Of a DNA stretch of 64,000 bases, positions 44,488-52,589 are shown piece by piece. The DNA is from an uncultured Acidobacteriota bacterium. Its GTDB lineage: Bacteria > Acidobacteriota > Thermoanaerobaculia > UBA5066 > Gp7-AA6. The position numbers and the translations under genes were made by a program. Position 1 is the stretch's first letter. Each line of letters opens with the position of its first letter. The stretch covers positions 675,224-739,223 of the forward strand of contig CAWHTA010000002.1 of NCBI GenBank assembly GCA_963832145.1. Direction: 5' to 3'. Below the pieces are notes generated by a model, which worked only from the letters and a program-made list of their open reading frames with translations, had not been told where the DNA came from and made no database searches.

Positions 44488-45327
44488 ATGCCCCGCGAGA
44501 AGCTTTCGGCCATCGTCACGTCTTTCAATGAAGCAATCAACATCAAGGACTGCCTCGAGAGCGTCTCGTTCGCCGACGAGGTCCTCCTCGTGGACTCCTT
44601 CTCGACCGACGCGACCCTCGATCTCGCGCGCAAGGTTCCCGGCGTGAGAATCCTCCAGCGGCAATACTTCGGCTCGGCAGCCCAGAAGAACTGGGCGATG
44701 GACCAGACAGTTCACCCGTGGATCCTCATCGTCGACGCGGACGAGCGCGTCACGCCGGGGCTCGCGAGCGAGATCGGCGACCTTCTCGAGCAGGGTCCGA
44801 AGGCAAACAACTACTCGATCCGCCGGCGGAACCTCTTTCTCGACCGGCTGATCCGGCACTCGGGATGGTCTACCGACAAGGTCGTCCGCCTCCTTCGTCG
44901 CGGCGCGGCGCGGTATCCGAAACGGCGGGTCCACGCGGACATTCAGCCGGAGGGCGAGGCTCCGATCCTTCAGAATGCACTCCTCCACTACACGTTCCGC
45001 TCGCTGGGCCAGTACCTCGAAAAGCTCCACCGGTACGCCGAGTGGGGAGCGGCCGACGCGTACCGCAAGGGGAAGCGCGTCGGAGCGGTCGAGCTCTTTT
45101 TCCGCCCGATGTGGCGGTTCATCCGGATGTACGTCTTCCAGGCGGGCTTCCTGGACGGCCGCCACGGTCTCGTCCTCTGCATGCTGCAGGCTTACGGTGT
45201 GTTTCTGAAGTGGGCGAAGCTCTGGGAGTGGCGGCGGTTCGACAAGAACGGCTGGAAGTTCGAGCTTCCGGCTTTCGACGATTCGGAAGAGACTTGGCAG
45301 GGAGGCGCGGCGAAGGCCGCGGAGTGA
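44488..45327 (+). CDS. glycosyltransferase family 2 (LPS-core-type)
   Basis: 279 aa. 'LSAIVTSFNEA', 'LLVDSFSTDAT', 'ILIVDADERV'. Confidence 0.85.
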   Translation: MPREKLSAIVTSFNEAINIKDCLESVSFADEVLLVDSFSTDATLDLARKVPGVRILQRQYFGSAAQKNWAMDQTVHPWILIVDADERVTPGLASEIGDLLEQGPKANNYSIRRRNLFLDRLIRHSGWSTDKVVRLLRRGAARYPKRRVHADIQPEGEAPILQNALLHYTFRSLGQYLEKLHRYAEWGAADAYRKGKRVGAVELFFRPMWRFIRMYVFQAGFLDGRHGLVLCMLQAYGVFLKWAKLWEWRRFDKNGWKFELPAFDDSEETWQGGAAKAAE

Positions 45328-45821
45328 ACGTGTTCGGAAAGAAGTCGGGTCCGCTTCCGCTCTCGCCGGGCGACGACGCGCCGGAGTTCTCGCTGCCCGA
45401 CCACACGGGGACCGTCCGGAGCCTGTCGGAGTTTCGTGGACACCCGGTCGTCCTCTGGTTCTATCCGGCGGCAAACACCCCCGGGTGAACGATCGAGGGG
45501 CGCGGGTTCCGCGCTCTCGCCAGGGAGTTCGAGGATGCGAACGCGCAGATCCTCGGGGTCTCGTTCGACTCGGTGCCCGCGATCGCGAAGTTCGTGCGCA
45601 AGGAGGGCTTTCCCTTCCCCCTCCTGTCGGACGCGGAGCGCGTTTGCGGGCTCGCGTACGGAGCCGCTGACACGGCGGAAGCGCGGTCCGCGCGGCGCAT
45701 CTCCTACGTGATCGGCTGGGAACCGGACGGGAAAGCGAAGATCCTCGCCGCCTACCCCACGGTCTCGGTCGCGTCCCACGCTCGCGAGGTGCTCGACTTT
45801 CTCTCGAGCAGCCGCGCGTAG
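45324..45821 (+). CDS. Bcp/PrxQ-type peroxiredoxin with in-frame TGA (45486-45488) at the peroxidatic-Cys position; candidate selenoprotein
   Basis: The tail of track ORF 44718..45488 and ORF 45573..45821 are in the same frame and are separated only by one TGA. The joined protein is about 165 aa: ...DAPEFSLPDHTGTVRSLSEFRGHPVVLWFYPAANTPG-U-TIEGRGFRALAREFEDANAQILGVSFDSV...FPFPLLSD. GTG 45324 overlaps the upstream stop. Confidence 0.7.
45495..45518 (+). promoter_or_regulatory. candidate bacterial SECIS hairpin
   Basis: The upper stem gcgcgg/ccgcgc (45500-45514) starts 11 nt after the TGA. The apical loop is G/U-containing (gguuc/guu). The outer pairs gag/ctc add bulges. Confidence 0.45.
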
Positions 45822-46855
45822 AACTCGCGGGCCGCGGCGGCAAACGGCGCCGCGCCGAACTCATGCGCGCGCGCGCGGCCGAGTTGGCCCATCTCTGCCC
45901 GCAGCGCCGGTTCGTTTCGCAAACGTTCGAGCGCCTCCACGAAGTCGGAGGCCGCGGTGACGACGAAACCCTCGCGCCCGTCCGTGACGAGGTCCCGCAC
46001 TCCCGGCACGTCGAGCGCGATGACCGGCACTGCCGAGGCCATCGCCTCCAGGAGCGCGCGCTGCCCCTGCTCCGAGCCGGAGGCGGGGAACAGGAAGACG
46101 TCCATCGCGCGGTAGAGCTCGGGCAGGTCCTCGTCGGCGTATCCGGTCCAGACATTGCGCTGCGCCGCCCCGAGCGCGGCGGCGCGGGCCTCGAGCTCGG
46201 GTCGCAGCTCTCCCTTGCCGACGTGGAGCAGGACGACGGACGGAATCGCCGCGGCCGCCTCGATCGTTTCGCGGTGCCCGCGCCCGGCCGCGATTTTGCC
46301 AACCGTTCCGACGACGAGGGCCCCGTCGGGAACGCCGAGCGAACGGAGACGCTCGATCGGCTTGACTCCGGGCGCATAGCGGTCCGCGTCGACAACCGGC
46401 GGCTGGACGGGTCCGTCCCCGCCGAACTTCTCGGCGACCGCCCGATTGGCGAAGGCGAACGCGTCCGTCCGCCGGAAGAGCCACCGGGTGAGCGGATCGC
46501 CGCGGGCGTGGTCGATGTTGTGAATCGTGCGCACCACGAGAGGGGAGCCGGAACGGCGGGCCGCTACCGCCGTGTAGTGATCGTGCGAGGAGTGGCAGTG
46601 GACCACGTCGAAGAGCTCGCGGTCGATCGTCCGTTTGAGCTCCCGCACGTCCCGGGAGAAGCGCAACCGATCGCGGGCCGGGGAGAGAATCGGCCGCGCC
46701 CATCCGAGCGGAAGGAGTCGCGCGGCAAGGGGGCTGTCCCGCGGAAACCCGAACTGGGTCTCGACCCCGGCCGCGACGAGCGCGGCCGTCTGGTCGAAGG
46801 CGACGGCCGCGGCGCCGGTCCACTTCTCGCCCGCGACGAGGTGGAGGATGCGCAT
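45752..46855 (-). CDS. glycosyltransferase family 4
   Basis: This is the last 367 codons of track ORF 45752..47278, from ATG 46855: MRILHLVAGEKWTGAAAVAFD... E-x7-E region 'SEQGQRALLEAMASAVPVIALDVPGVRDLVTDGREG'. Confidence 0.85.
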   Translation of the reverse strand: MRILHLVAGEKWTGAAAVAFDQTAALVAAGVETQFGFPRDSPLAARLLPLGWARPILSPARDRLRFSRDVRELKRTIDRELFDVVHCHSSHDHYTAVAARRSGSPLVVRTIHNIDHARGDPLTRWLFRRTDAFAFANRAVAEKFGGDGPVQPPVVDADRYAPGVKPIERLRSLGVPDGALVVGTVGKIAAGRGHRETIEAAAAIPSVVLLHVGKGELRPELEARAAALGAAQRNVWTGYADEDLPELYRAMDVFLFPASGSEQGQRALLEAMASAVPVIALDVPGVRDLVTDGREGFVVTAASDFVEALERLRNEPALRAEMGQLGRARAHEFGAAPFAAAAREFYARLLERKSSTSRAWDATETVG

Positions 46856-46863
46856 GGTTCGGG

Positions 46864-47370
46864 TCAGCTTCTCAGGAGAATCCGGGCACCCACCGCGGCC
46901 AGAATCAAGGCGAGTGCGATGCGAAGCTCGAGCGAGAGCGTCGGAATCGAGTTCGGTACCTGCCCGGGCAGCACCGTCATCACGAGGGTTCCTGGAATCA
47001 GCTTCTTCCCGGAATCCGAGACGGTGATCACCTGGTCTCCAAGAGTTCGAAGGACGACCGAGAACCCCTTGGTGCCGCGGTCGGCCGGGACGAAGGTGTA
47101 ACCCGCGGGAAGAGTCGCAAGAGGATCCGAGCTCGAGAAAATCAGCGTGCCGGAGTAGTCCGTGTCGGGTCCGAGGGCTGCATCGACTGCCGCAACGTAG
47201 ATCCCGAATTCCGCCCCCGAGACGGCCGTCGTCGGGAGTGGCGGCGGCGTGTCGGGGCAGAGTGCGCCAAAGGCACAAGGGCTGCTCGTAACGAGAAAGC
47301 GCACGGCAGGCTCGCCCCGGGCCGCCAGAGGCAGAATCACCAGGCCAACCAGGATCAGGAACCGCTTCAT
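46864..47370 (-). CDS. small secreted protein with IPTL-CTERM-like C-terminal sorting signal
   Basis: I chose ATG 47370 (MKRFLILVGLVILPLAARG, signal peptide). The ~120-aa beta-rich domain is followed by 'IPTLSLELRIALALILAAVGARILLRS', which is the IPTL motif, a TM helix and a basic tail. Confidence 0.7.
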   Translation of the reverse strand: MKRFLILVGLVILPLAARGEPAVRFLVTSSPCAFGALCPDTPPPLPTTAVSGAEFGIYVAAVDAALGPDTDYSGTLIFSSSDPLATLPAGYTFVPADRGTKGFSVVLRTLGDQVITVSDSGKKLIPGTLVMTVLPGQVPNSIPTLSLELRIALALILAAVGARILLRS

Positions 47371-47414
47371 GACAGTCAAAGGGTAACAGCCAGGCGCTAG
47401 GCTACACTTCAGAC

Positions 47415-47675
47415 GTGTCCGTCGACCCCGAGCTCCTCGCCATTCTCGTCTGTCCCAAGACCCGGGGCGCGCTCGAGCTCGTCGACCTCGACGAAGGGAC
47501 GCGGCGAGCGCTCGTCGACAAGTACCGCGAGAAGTTCCGCGACGAGGAGCCCGTCGTGACGCAGGGGCTGTACTCGAAGGACGCGGACCTCGTCTACCCG
47601 ATCGTCTCCGACATCCCGGTCATGCTCATCGACGAGGCGCTCCCCGGCTCCGCCCGCGTCCGACGCGAGGCGTAA
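47415..47675 (+). CDS. Trm112 family (UPF0434/YcaR-like) protein
   Basis: 86 aa, GTG start. 'LLAILVCPKTRGAL' ... 'YPIVSDIPVMLIDEA'. Confidence 0.8.
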   Translation: MSVDPELLAILVCPKTRGALELVDLDEGTRRALVDKYREKFRDEEPVVTQGLYSKDADLVYPIVSDIPVMLIDEALPGSARVRREA

Positions 47676-47699
47676 GACGCCAGACGTAGACGATCGGGT

Positions 47700-48962
47700 T
47701 TGATCCGCAAGTCGCTCTTTCCCCTTCTCGTTCTCTTCGCGCTTCTCTCCTCGCAGATCTCCCTCGGTTACGCGCTCTTCGGGCTGCTCGCGGCGGGATG
47801 GATCGCGACCGGGTGGAGGGAAGAGAGGTTCCGCGGCGCGTTTTCCCACCCCCTTTCCGTCCTCGCCGGCGTTTTCGCGCTTCTGGTAATCCTCTCGGTT
47901 GCGTTCTCGCTCGACCCGAGGGCCAGCCTGCGCGCGCTTCCGGGGTTGACGCTCTTCCTCCTCGTCCCGATCACCCTCGACCTCGTCGGGACGGAGTCAC
48001 GCGCCCGCGCTCTCCTCTTCGCATCCGCGGCGAGCGGAGTGGCCCTGGCCGTCCTCGGCGTCCTCGGGCTCGCGTCGGGCGGCGCCGACCTCCAGAACCG
48101 GATCCGCGGGCCGCTCTCGCACTACATGACGCTCTCCGGGCTCACGATGATGGCCGGTTGCGTACTCCTCGGATTCCTCTTCGCAGGGAGAGGGTGGGAG
48201 CGATGGTTGGGACTTCTCTCCGTCGTGCCCTTCACGGCGATGGTCCTGACGCTCACCCGGGGGGCGTACGTGGCGACGGTCGGCGCCGTCTTTCTCTACC
48301 TTGCCCTCGCCCGGCCCCGCATCCTTCTGCTCTTCGTCCCCGTGCTCGTCGCGATCTTCTACTTGAGCCCGCCGGACGTCCGCGACCGCGCCGCGTCGAT
48401 TGTCGACCCGACGGAAACGACGAACCGCGACCGCATCGCGATGGCCCGCGCCGGCGGTCGGATGATCGCGGACCGGCCGGTGTTCGGCCTGGGCCCCGAG
48501 CTCGTCAAGCCGTACTACACGATCTACCGGGACTCCGACGCTCCGCGGTGGCGGGTACCCCACCTCCACAACAACGTTCTTCAGATCGCGGCCGCGAGCG
48601 GAGTCTTCGCTGCCGCGGCCTACCTGGCGCTCCTCGCGGTCTTCTTCGCGCGGACGGTGCGGTCGATCCGCGCGGACCGGAAAGGACTGTATCGGGCGAG
48701 GCGAGAAAGAAATGTGGATCTGACCCCCGCCGGGGGTCACGGAAACGCAGTTGAGAGGCCAAGTCGAGAAAGAAATGTGGATCTGACCCCCGGAGGGGGT
48801 CAGACCCTGCGCGGTCAAGGACTCGTTGCCGCGTCATCATTTCTCTCAGTGACCGCGCTCTCGATCGCCGGTCTGTTCGAGTACAACTTCGGCGACAAGG
48901 AAGTGTTGATGGCGACGCTTCCGCTTCTCGCCCTGCCGTTCTGCCGCCGGGTACAATCGTGA
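47700..48962 (+). CDS. O-antigen ligase family (Wzy_C) membrane protein carrying an in-frame repeat insertion
   Basis: 420 aa, TTG start. Polytopic. 'MVLTLTRGAYVATVGAV', periplasmic loop 'NRDRIAMARAGGRMIADRPVFGLGP...HLHNNVLQIAAASG'. Confidence 0.8.
   Translation: MIRKSLFPLLVLFALLSSQISLGYALFGLLAAGWIATGWREERFRGAFSHPLSVLAGVFALLVILSVAFSLDPRASLRALPGLTLFLLVPITLDLVGTESRARALLFASAASGVALAVLGVLGLASGGADLQNRIRGPLSHYMTLSGLTMMAGCVLLGFLFAGRGWERWLGLLSVVPFTAMVLTLTRGAYVATVGAVFLYLALARPRILLLFVPVLVAIFYLSPPDVRDRAASIVDPTETTNRDRIAMARAGGRMIADRPVFGLGPELVKPYYTIYRDSDAPRWRVPHLHNNVLQIAAASGVFAAAAYLALLAVFFARTVRSIRADRKGLYRARRERNVDLTPAGGHGNAVERPSRERNVDLTPGGGQTLRGQGLVAASSFLSVTALSIAGLFEYNFGDKEVLMATLPLLALPFCRRVQS
48702..48812. 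repeat. tandem 63-nt duplication containing two family-B hairpins, inside a CDS
   Basis: cgagaaagaaatgtggatctgaccccc occurs at 48702 and again at 48765. Each is followed by a tgaccccc/gggggtca hairpin. The region translates in frame as RERNVDLTPAGGHGNAVERPS / RERNVDLTPGGGQTLRGQG. Confidence 0.9.
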
Positions 48963-50392
48963 GCCGAGTGTTTCCGCGTCCCGTTCCCGCCGCGGCGCCG
49001 CCGCGCCCCTACACCGTCTCGGAGCTCCTTGCCGAGGTGGGAGGAAGCCTGCGCCAGTCCTGGCGGGACGTCGCTGTCGCCGGAGAGATCAGCCGCTGGG
49101 AGGTTCGCGGGGGCCACGGCTATTTCGCGCTGAAGGATCGGACCGGCTGCCTGAACGCAATCATCTTCGCCTCCGATCGCGAGCGGATCCCATTCAAGGT
49201 CGAGCCGGGGCTCGAGGTCGTCGTGCGCGGCTCGCTCGACCTCTGGGCGCCGCAGGGGAAGTTCCAGATCAAGGCCTACCAGATCGAGCCCGTCGGTGCG
49301 GGGGCCCTGCAGCTCGCGTTCGAGCAGTTGAAGGCCCGCCTCGCCGCGGAAGGCCTCTTCGATCCGGCGCGCAAGCGCCGCATTCCGCTCCTTCCGCAAT
49401 CCGTCGCCGTCGTGACGTCGCCGGACGGCGCCGCGATCCGCGACATCGTGAACGTGCTGCGGCGGCGGCACGACGGCCTCGCCGTCACGATCTATCCCGC
49501 ACGCGTCCAGGGCGCCGGCGCCGCGCTCGAGATCGCCGACGGGATCCGCGCTTTCAACCGGCGGGGCGGGTTCGACGTGCTGATCGTCACGCGCGGCGGC
49601 GGCTCTCCGGAGGACCTCGCGCCGTTTAACGACGAGCGCGTCGCCCGGGCGCTCGCGGCCTCCCGGATCCCCACGATCTCCGCCGTCGGCCACGAGACCG
49701 ACGTCACGATCTCCGATCTCGTCGCAGACCTTCGCGCGGCGACCCCTTCCGCTGCGGCCGAGCTCGTGGCGGAAAAGAAGACGGAGCTCGCGCGCCGCGC
49801 CGACGGGTGGCGGAACCGGATCGAGCGCGCGGTGAAGTCGAGGCTCACGCTCGTGCGCGCCCAACTTTCTCAGACGACGCGCGCGGAAGGGCTGCTCCGG
49901 TTCCGGTACCGCCTGCGCGAGAACCAGGAGCGGGTGGCGCAGAGCCTGGGCGCCCTGAAGGATGCGCTCGAGGGGCGTCCGGTCCGGGACGCCGCGCGCC
50001 TTGGAAGAGCCGTCGGCGTGCTCGCCGCTTTCCCGAGGGTCGCGGAGCTCGCCCGCAAGCGGGACGCGGCCGGGAATCGCCGGCGCGAGCTCGAGAACCG
50101 GCTCACGCGCGCGTTCGAGAGGCGGTTCGAGAAGCTGCGCGAGTGCACCGAGAAGCTCGGCCTCGTAAATCCGTTCGCGATCCTCGCCCGTGGGTACGCC
50201 GTCGCGTACCGCGAAGGGGCGAAGGCGCCGCTCCTCTCGGCGAACGCCGTCCTCCCGGGCGAACGGATCCGCGTCCGCCTCCACGAAGGCGAGATCGCGG
50301 CGATCGTCCGCGGGATTCCGGTGCCGCGGCAGAAGCCGGTGTCCGCGTCCGGATTCGGTCCGCTGTTTTCGGACCCGGAGGAGGAAACGTGA
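48959..50392 (+). CDS. xseA: exodeoxyribonuclease VII large subunit
   Basis: 477 aa. GTG start overlaps the upstream stop. OB-fold N-terminus 'VAGEISRWEVRGGHGYFALKD', 'VVTSPDGAAIRDI', 'TRGGGSPEDL'. Confidence 0.93.
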   Translation: MSRVFPRPVPAAAPPRPYTVSELLAEVGGSLRQSWRDVAVAGEISRWEVRGGHGYFALKDRTGCLNAIIFASDRERIPFKVEPGLEVVVRGSLDLWAPQGKFQIKAYQIEPVGAGALQLAFEQLKARLAAEGLFDPARKRRIPLLPQSVAVVTSPDGAAIRDIVNVLRRRHDGLAVTIYPARVQGAGAALEIADGIRAFNRRGGFDVLIVTRGGGSPEDLAPFNDERVARALAASRIPTISAVGHETDVTISDLVADLRAATPSAAAELVAEKKTELARRADGWRNRIERAVKSRLTLVRAQLSQTTRAEGLLRFRYRLRENQERVAQSLGALKDALEGRPVRDAARLGRAVGVLAAFPRVAELARKRDAAGNRRRELENRLTRAFERRFEKLRECTEKLGLVNPFAILARGYAVAYREGAKAPLLSANAVLPGERIRVRLHEGEIAAIVRGIPVPRQKPVSASGFGPLFSDPEEET

Positions 50393-50664
50393 CCGCGCGT
50401 CCCGCAAAGAAGGAGAGGAGCTTCGAGGAGGCGATGGAGCGGCTCGAGGCGATCGTCTCGGAAATCGAGTCCGACGAACTCGGCCTCGAGAAGCAGTTCG
50501 AGCTCTTCCAGGAGGGCATGACGCTCGCGCGTTTCTGCGACGCGAAGCTGAAAGAGGTCCAGAAGTCCGTCGAGCTCGTCCTCAAGGAGTCGGGCGAGGA
50601 GTGGAAGACGGTCCCGTTCGAGACCGGGCTCGCGCCGGCCGAGGGCTCCGACGACGACAGCTGA
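50389..50664 (+). CDS. xseB: exodeoxyribonuclease VII small subunit
   Basis: This is the last 91 codons of track ORF 49807..50664. GTG 50389 overlaps the xseA stop. 'SFEEAMERLEAIVSEIESDELGLEKQFELFQEGMTLARFCDAKL'. Confidence 0.9.
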   Translation: MTARPAKKERSFEEAMERLEAIVSEIESDELGLEKQFELFQEGMTLARFCDAKLKEVQKSVELVLKESGEEWKTVPFETGLAPAEGSDDDS

Positions 50665-50725
50665 CCCGATTGCCTCCTACCTCGCCGAGCGCCGCGAGGA
50701 AATCGACTCGGAGCTCGAACGACTC

Positions 50726-51553
50726 GTGCCCGCAGAGTCGAGCTGGCCGGACACGGTGCATCGCGCGATCCGGCACAGCCTCTTCGCGGGCGGCAAGCGC
50801 CTCCGGCCGATCCTCTGCATCGCGGCGGCCGAAGCCCTGGGCGCCCCCTCGGAGATCGCCCTCGCGCCCGCGTGCGGGTTCGAGCTGCTTCACACCTACT
50901 CGCTCGTTCACGACGACCTGCCGGCGATGGACGACGCACCGCTGCGGCGCGGGTCGCCCACGAGCCACGTCGTCTTCGGCGAGGCGATCGCGATCCTCGC
51001 GGGCGATGCGCTGCTGACCCTCGGCCTCGCCGTGCTCGCGCGCCATCCGGCCGGAGAACGTTTCGCTTCCGCCAAGCTGCGCGCGCTCGCCCTGGTCACG
51101 GACGCGATCGGAAGCGGCGGGATGATCGGAGGCCAGGTCGCGGACCTCGAGGCCGAGCGCACGCAGAGCCGTTCGGGTGAGCGCCTCCTCACGATTCACG
51201 AGGCGAAGACGGGGCGGCTCTTCCGTGCCGCGCTCGCGGCCGGAGCGCTCCTCGCCTTCGCACCCGACGACGTACTCGCGAAGGTCGATACGTACGGCCG
51301 CGCCCTCGGCCTCGCCTTTCAGATCAAGGACGACCTGCTCGACGTCGAGGCGGACGCCGCGACGCTCGGAAAGCGTGCCGGGTCCGACTTCGCCGCGAAC
51401 AAGCTCACGTTCCCGGCGGTGTGGGGGATCGCCCGCTCGCGCGCGTGGCTCGCCGAGAAGGTCGAGGAAGCCGTCGAAGCGGCGCGCACGCTCCCGGGCG
51501 GGGGCGGCCGGCTTCCCGATCTCGCGCGGTTCGTCGGCGAGCGTCGGGCCTGA
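50726..51553 (+). CDS. ispA: farnesyl-diphosphate synthase type polyprenyl synthetase (true start probably upstream, non-canonical)
   Basis: FARM 'HTYSLVHDDLPAMDDAPLRRG' with an aromatic Tyr at -5, SARM 'FQIKDDLLD'. The in-frame upstream sequence IASYLAERREEIDSELERL (from ATT 50669) looks like the usual first helix, but no ATG, GTG or TTG lies upstream of 50726. Confidence 0.85.
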   Translation: MPAESSWPDTVHRAIRHSLFAGGKRLRPILCIAAAEALGAPSEIALAPACGFELLHTYSLVHDDLPAMDDAPLRRGSPTSHVVFGEAIAILAGDALLTLGLAVLARHPAGERFASAKLRALALVTDAIGSGGMIGGQVADLEAERTQSRSGERLLTIHEAKTGRLFRAALAAGALLAFAPDDVLAKVDTYGRALGLAFQIKDDLLDVEADAATLGKRAGSDFAANKLTFPAVWGIARSRAWLAEKVEEAVEAARTLPGGGGRLPDLARFVGERRA

Positions 51554-51562
51554 GTCGGCCCG

Positions 51563-52576
51563 ATGCGCGCGTTCGTCCAGACCGCCATCGGCGCCTTCGA
51601 GGAGCGGGACCTGCCCGCCCCGCGACCGCGGCGCGGGGAGGTCGTCCTGCGGGTGCGCGCGGCCCTCACCTGCGGAACCGATCTCAAGCTCCTCTCGCGC
51701 GGCCATCCGAGGATCGCGCTGCCCGTCACGATGGGACACGAAGCGTGCGGGGAGGTCGCGGAGGTCGGCGAAGGCGTCGAAGGCTTCCGGGTCGGAGACC
51801 GCGTCGTTGCCGGGATCTCGGGTCCGTGTGGCGAGTGCCGGGAGTGCCGCGCGGGGATGCCGAACCTGTGTCCGAAGGCGCATGGCGACCGGACATGGGG
51901 CGCGTTCGCGGAAATGCTCCGCGTCCCCGCCGCCGTCGTCGCGACGAACCTCCACCCGGTGCCGACCGGGGTGCCGGACGAAATCGCGGCGTTCCTCGAT
52001 CCGCTCGCCTCCGTGCTGCACGGGTGGGACCGCCTCGCGCCCGGGGAGGGAACGCTCCTCGTCTACGGAGCGGGCGCGCTCGGGCTCCTGTGGGCCGCGA
52101 CGGCCCGCGCCCGCGGCGTGCCGGTCGTCGTCGCCGCGCGCGGAGGCGCGTCGCGGCTCGCGATCGCGCGCGGGTACGGCGCGGAGGTTCTCGACCTCGC
52201 TCGCAAAGGGGACGACGACATTGCGGGCGCCGCCCGGGGCGCCGCGACGATGGCGGTCGACTGCACGGGCGATCCCGACGTGTGGCGGCGGCTGCCGGAC
52301 CTCGTGGCGCCCGGGGGGAAGGTCCTTCTCTTCGGCGGCTGTGCGCCCGGGACCGAGGTCGCGTGGGCAGCCGAGCGCCTGCACTACTCCGAGATCTCGC
52401 TCGTCGGTTCGTTCCACTCCACTCCGGCGGATGCGCGGGAAGCGCTCCGGATTCTGACCGCGCGGGAGATCGACCCCGCGCCCCTTCTGACCGAGCACGG
52501 CTCGCTCTCGGACCTTCCGCGATTCCTCGAGGCGCAGCAAAGGCGCGAGGGAATCCGGTACGCGGTGCGACCGTGA
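51563..52576 (+). CDS. zinc-dependent alcohol dehydrogenase family (MDR) protein
   Basis: 337 aa. 'LTCGTDLKLLSRGH', 'MGHEACGEVAEVG', structural zinc 'CGECRECRAGMPNLC', 'VYGAGALG'. Confidence 0.85.
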   Translation: MRAFVQTAIGAFEERDLPAPRPRRGEVVLRVRAALTCGTDLKLLSRGHPRIALPVTMGHEACGEVAEVGEGVEGFRVGDRVVAGISGPCGECRECRAGMPNLCPKAHGDRTWGAFAEMLRVPAAVVATNLHPVPTGVPDEIAAFLDPLASVLHGWDRLAPGEGTLLVYGAGALGLLWAATARARGVPVVVAARGGASRLAIARGYGAEVLDLARKGDDDIAGAARGAATMAVDCTGDPDVWRRLPDLVAPGGKVLLFGGCAPGTEVAWAAERLHYSEISLVGSFHSTPADAREALRILTAREIDPAPLLTEHGSLSDLPRFLEAQQRREGIRYAVRP

Positions 52577-52589
52577 TCGGTCTCTCGCG

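Noticed and set aside
45752-45821. 70-nt convergent 3' overlap of the Bcp and GT4 genes (and 59 nt between the GT4 gene at 9630 and the DUF2905 gene at 9572), considered as antisense regulation or mis-called ends
   Set aside because: Overlapping convergent ends are common in GC-rich genomes where stop codons are rare. I have no independent evidence for function or for alternative stops.
44173-47278. 740-aa (44173..46395) minus-strand ORF and the N-terminal extension of 45752..47278
   Set aside because: The first is antisense to the GT2 and Bcp genes. The second is real only from ATG 46855 (GT4), because its upstream extension overlaps the IPTL-CTERM gene in another frame.
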